DNA of 64,000 nucleotides from an uncultured Clostridia bacterium (GTDB lineage Bacteria; Bacillota; Clostridia; Oscillospirales; Acutalibacteraceae): NCBI GenBank assembly GCA_944384825.1, contig CALWUT010000021.1, positions 4,399 to 68,398 of the forward strand, read 5' to 3'. Shown piece by piece: positions 61,722 to 64,000 of this stretch (position 1 is its first letter; each line of letters starts with the position of its first letter). The notes under the pieces were generated by a model. It saw only the letters and a program-made list of their open reading frames with translations, ran no database searches and was not told where the DNA came from. The position numbers and the translations under genes were made by a program.

Positions 61722-63127
61722 TTATAGTGTTCTATTCCAAACAATTATATCTTTAATAATCTCACGAAGCTTTTTCCCTTCAATTACATATTCCAAAACC
61801 TCTTCAGCTATATCACATATCATTTCAGTTTCTGGCTTAAAGGCCTCACATATATAAATTCGACCTTCTGGATGAGTAATATTATATATAACATCGTTAT
61901 ACTCAAACTCGACTTCTCCTCCATTATCTACACACCATTTAAATTCACTTATAGTTTCAAATCTATTTTCTTCAATGCTATTGCTAGGTAAAAATACTTC
62001 TTTGCACATATTATTATCTCCTTTAAAATTCTTAAATTCTGGTGCTCCATCGGGATAATTTATCGGTGAAAATGGTCTTGGTGCTCCTGTGTTAGGATCC
62101 CATATTATATTGTGATCATGTGGATTGGTATGTTTATTTGGTGTATTATGATCAGTATTATGCCTTTCCTTAATTGCCCTACCATCTTCTCCTATTTTAG
62201 TTTCTTTAAGATAACCTCCATTTTTTCCTTCGTACCACGTTTGATTAACCGACCCAGGTTTACCTAAAAGTCTCTTATCATCTTCTTTTTTAGGAATCCA
62301 TTTTCCTCCATAGGCACTACCTGAACCTTTTTCGACATCCGGAATTACATAGCCTACTTTTCTTATTATATCACAATTTTCCAGCCATTTTTCTTTACCA
62401 CATATATATTTGAAATACGGAGAATAATTTTGAGAAATATCTTCATTCATATGTCTCCATGAACTAAGTTCATAATCTACAAAAATGATATTTCCCTCTA
62501 TCTCTGGGAAGGGAGTATTATAGCATATTATAGCTTCCGGCTCTATTCGCTTTAGCATCTCATTATATCCTGCCATAAAAAATTCTTTTTGATCTGCATG
62601 GTTGTTATGCTCTGAAACCATATATGTTGAAACTGCTACTGTGGAACCTTTTTCTATGCCTTCAAAACAAAAATCAAACGTTTCTTTAAGTCCCCAATTA
62701 ACTGTTGGAATTACTCTTATTCCTTTTGACGCAAGATAAGCTCCGCACCAATGATTACGGAAAGTATTATATATCTTAAGAGGATTCGCCATTTCAATAT
62801 ACATACTAAAGTCAGGTGTAAAAACCGCTTTGTATTTTTTAGTTTACCAATATAATTTTCTGATTTTTCCCAAAAACATTCAAATTTATAATCATATAAG
62901 AAAAAATGTACTATCCTATCAAAATGTTCATCTTTTTCTGTTTTAGCCACATCAAATTCTATAAGTCTAAGATCTTCAAAATCTCCTTCCCTAATTTCAA
63001 ACTTAGGTATCAAAGGCATACAACATTTCCCTATGCCATAAAATTGATTTCTAAGAAATAATGGATCTGTCCTATATTTAAAATTTTGTTCTGTCATTTT
63101 ACCACTCCTAAAAAAATAAGGCTTCAC
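61722..63127 (-). pseudogene. DUF4417-family protein fused to a His-rich region and a variable C-terminal module; frameshifted at an A6 run
   Basis: N-terminal frame HFFLYDYKFECFWEKSENYIGKLK breaks at T6 62835-62840. The next frame gives KYKAVFTPDFSMYIEMANPLKIYNTFRNHWCGAYLASKGIRVIPTVNW (DUF4417 core), then ...RHNTDHNTPNKHTNPHDHNIIW...SPINYPDGAPEFK. Confidence 0.6.
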
Positions 63128-63174
63128 TATATAAGTAAAATCTCATTTTTGTTGCATTCTTAAGAACAAAATTA

Positions 63175-63624
63175 TTATATGAAATTACTCAGACTTTTTT
63201 TCATATCCTCTTTGCTTGGATGAATATATAGTGCAGTAGTGTTAAGTGATGCATGTCCGGCTATGTAAGCTGCTTCCTCTATCCTCATATTATTTTTGAC
63301 TCCATTACTGCAAAACCAGTGTCTAAGTTTATGAGGGTGTATTTTTTCATTGAATTTTTTAAATATTATATTAACTCCCGAAGTGGAAAGCTTATTCGAT
63401 TTCCTGGTAATGAATAAATAAGGAGAATCAAAATGATTTTTGTATTCCGGCTTGCAGCGTTCTTTATTAATATACTTTTTTATAGCTTTCATCGCTTCGG
63501 AGTTTAAGAAAACCGTTCGTTGCTTATTTCCTTTTCCCTTAACAATAGTAACTTCATATTTGTCAAAATCTATATCCTTCATTTGTAAATTACTTATTGC
63601 CTTAGTGGTTTTAATTTTAAAAAA
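63175..63624 (-). pseudogene. 5'-truncated tyrosine recombinase (catalytic half only)
   Basis: ...GKGNKQRTVFLN...HPHKLRHWF...AGHASLNTTALYIH carries the R, HxxR and H..Y motifs. The frame opens right after a TGA at 63625-63627, and the N-terminal domain is missing. Confidence 0.65.
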
Positions 63625-63656
63625 TCATACTAATTCGAAAAAGAGAAATTAAAATT

Positions 63657-64000
63657 ATGGCAAGAAGACTAAATGGTGAAGGAACAATTACACAAAGAAC
63701 CAATGGGTGTTGGTGTGCAAGATTTACAAGCGATGGTAAAAGGTATGCCATTTATGGGAAAACTCAGAAGGAGGTAAAAGAAAAGCTAAAACAGAAACTC
63801 AAGGAAATTGAGCAAATTGCAAATATGGGATACAGTGGTTACATGGAGAAAAGTAAAATTCCGTTCGGAGTATGGCTAGATATTTGGCTTGAAGAGTACA
63901 TAAAGCCTTCAGTTAGACCTTCTACCTATGCAGGATATGAGGTATTTATAAGGATACATATTAAACCCATCCTTGGAAACTGCAAGATGTGCGAACTGAC
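63657..64000 (+). CDS. site-specific tyrosine integrase, N-terminal part (continues beyond window)
   Basis: MARRLNGEGTITQRTNGCWCARFTSDGKRYAIYGKTQKEVKEKL...WLEEYIKPSVRPSTYAGYE is a typical arm-binding/SAM-like integrase N-terminus. Confidence 0.75.
   Translation, partial: MARRLNGEGTITQRTNGCWCARFTSDGKRYAIYGKTQKEVKEKLKQKLKEIEQIANMGYSGYMEKSKIPFGVWLDIWLEEYIKPSVRPSTYAGYEVFIRIHIKPILGNCKMCEL

Noticed and set aside
1-64000. CRISPR arrays, rRNA genes, additional tRNAs
   Set aside because: I saw no regularly spaced direct repeats of 25-40 bp and no rRNA-like conserved blocks. The only cloverleaf-compatible GC-rich island is at 20721-20797.

Overview
AT-rich (roughly 28-30% GC) chromosome segment from a spore-forming clostridial-type Firmicute; the exact taxon cannot be determined from the sequence. 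There are three blocks. (1) 1-20.7 kb holds about 20 kb of an HK97-like siphovirus prophage. Almost all its genes are on the minus strand, in the order recombination/replication, late regulator, HNH, ParB-methylase, terminase, portal, protease, capsid, connectors, tail tube, chaperone, tape measure. It abuts tRNA-Arg(ACG). The prophage is clearly decaying: it has in-frame TAA/TAG codons in terL, dnaB and a tail gene, and frameshifts in the capsid, portal, methylase and small genes. Several opposite-strand or orphan inserts remain intact: a DinJ-YafQ pair, a four-helix-bundle cassette flanked by inverted repeats, and a 423-aa orphan with a secreted partner. (2) 20.8-58.7 kb is an intact housekeeping backbone: rpsF-ssb-rpsR, PFOR, proS, rplM-rpsI, degV, rpsT, murF, murE, feoAB, recO, yqzL, era, dgkA, ybeY, yqfD, yqfC, ylbJ. 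It is punctuated by self-contained accessory islets. These include secreted orphans (one with anomalous GC), a protein ending in a canonical eukaryote-type RING-H2 finger, and two double-glycine-leader peptides (one with a Nif11-type leader, one paired with a secreted Mbeg1-like hydrolase). There is also an 87-bp perfect inverted repeat that looks like an invertible HTH/promoter switch. The last islet is a four-gene cluster (GT2-ricin-GT8-ricin, a FAMeT-motif protein, UDP-galactopyranose mutase, a DUF1796 protein) in which every product carries an N-terminal signal or anchor peptide. (3) 58.7-64 kb is a degraded mobile island: integrase remnants, a DUF1524 fragment, a stop-interrupted coiled-coil gene, and a DUF4417 fusion followed by tandem C-terminal cassettes. 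My top candidates for something new are the signal-peptide glycosylation cluster and the RING-H2 protein. Next come the inversion switch, the cassette array and the leader-peptide loci. No CRISPR array or rRNA gene was seen.
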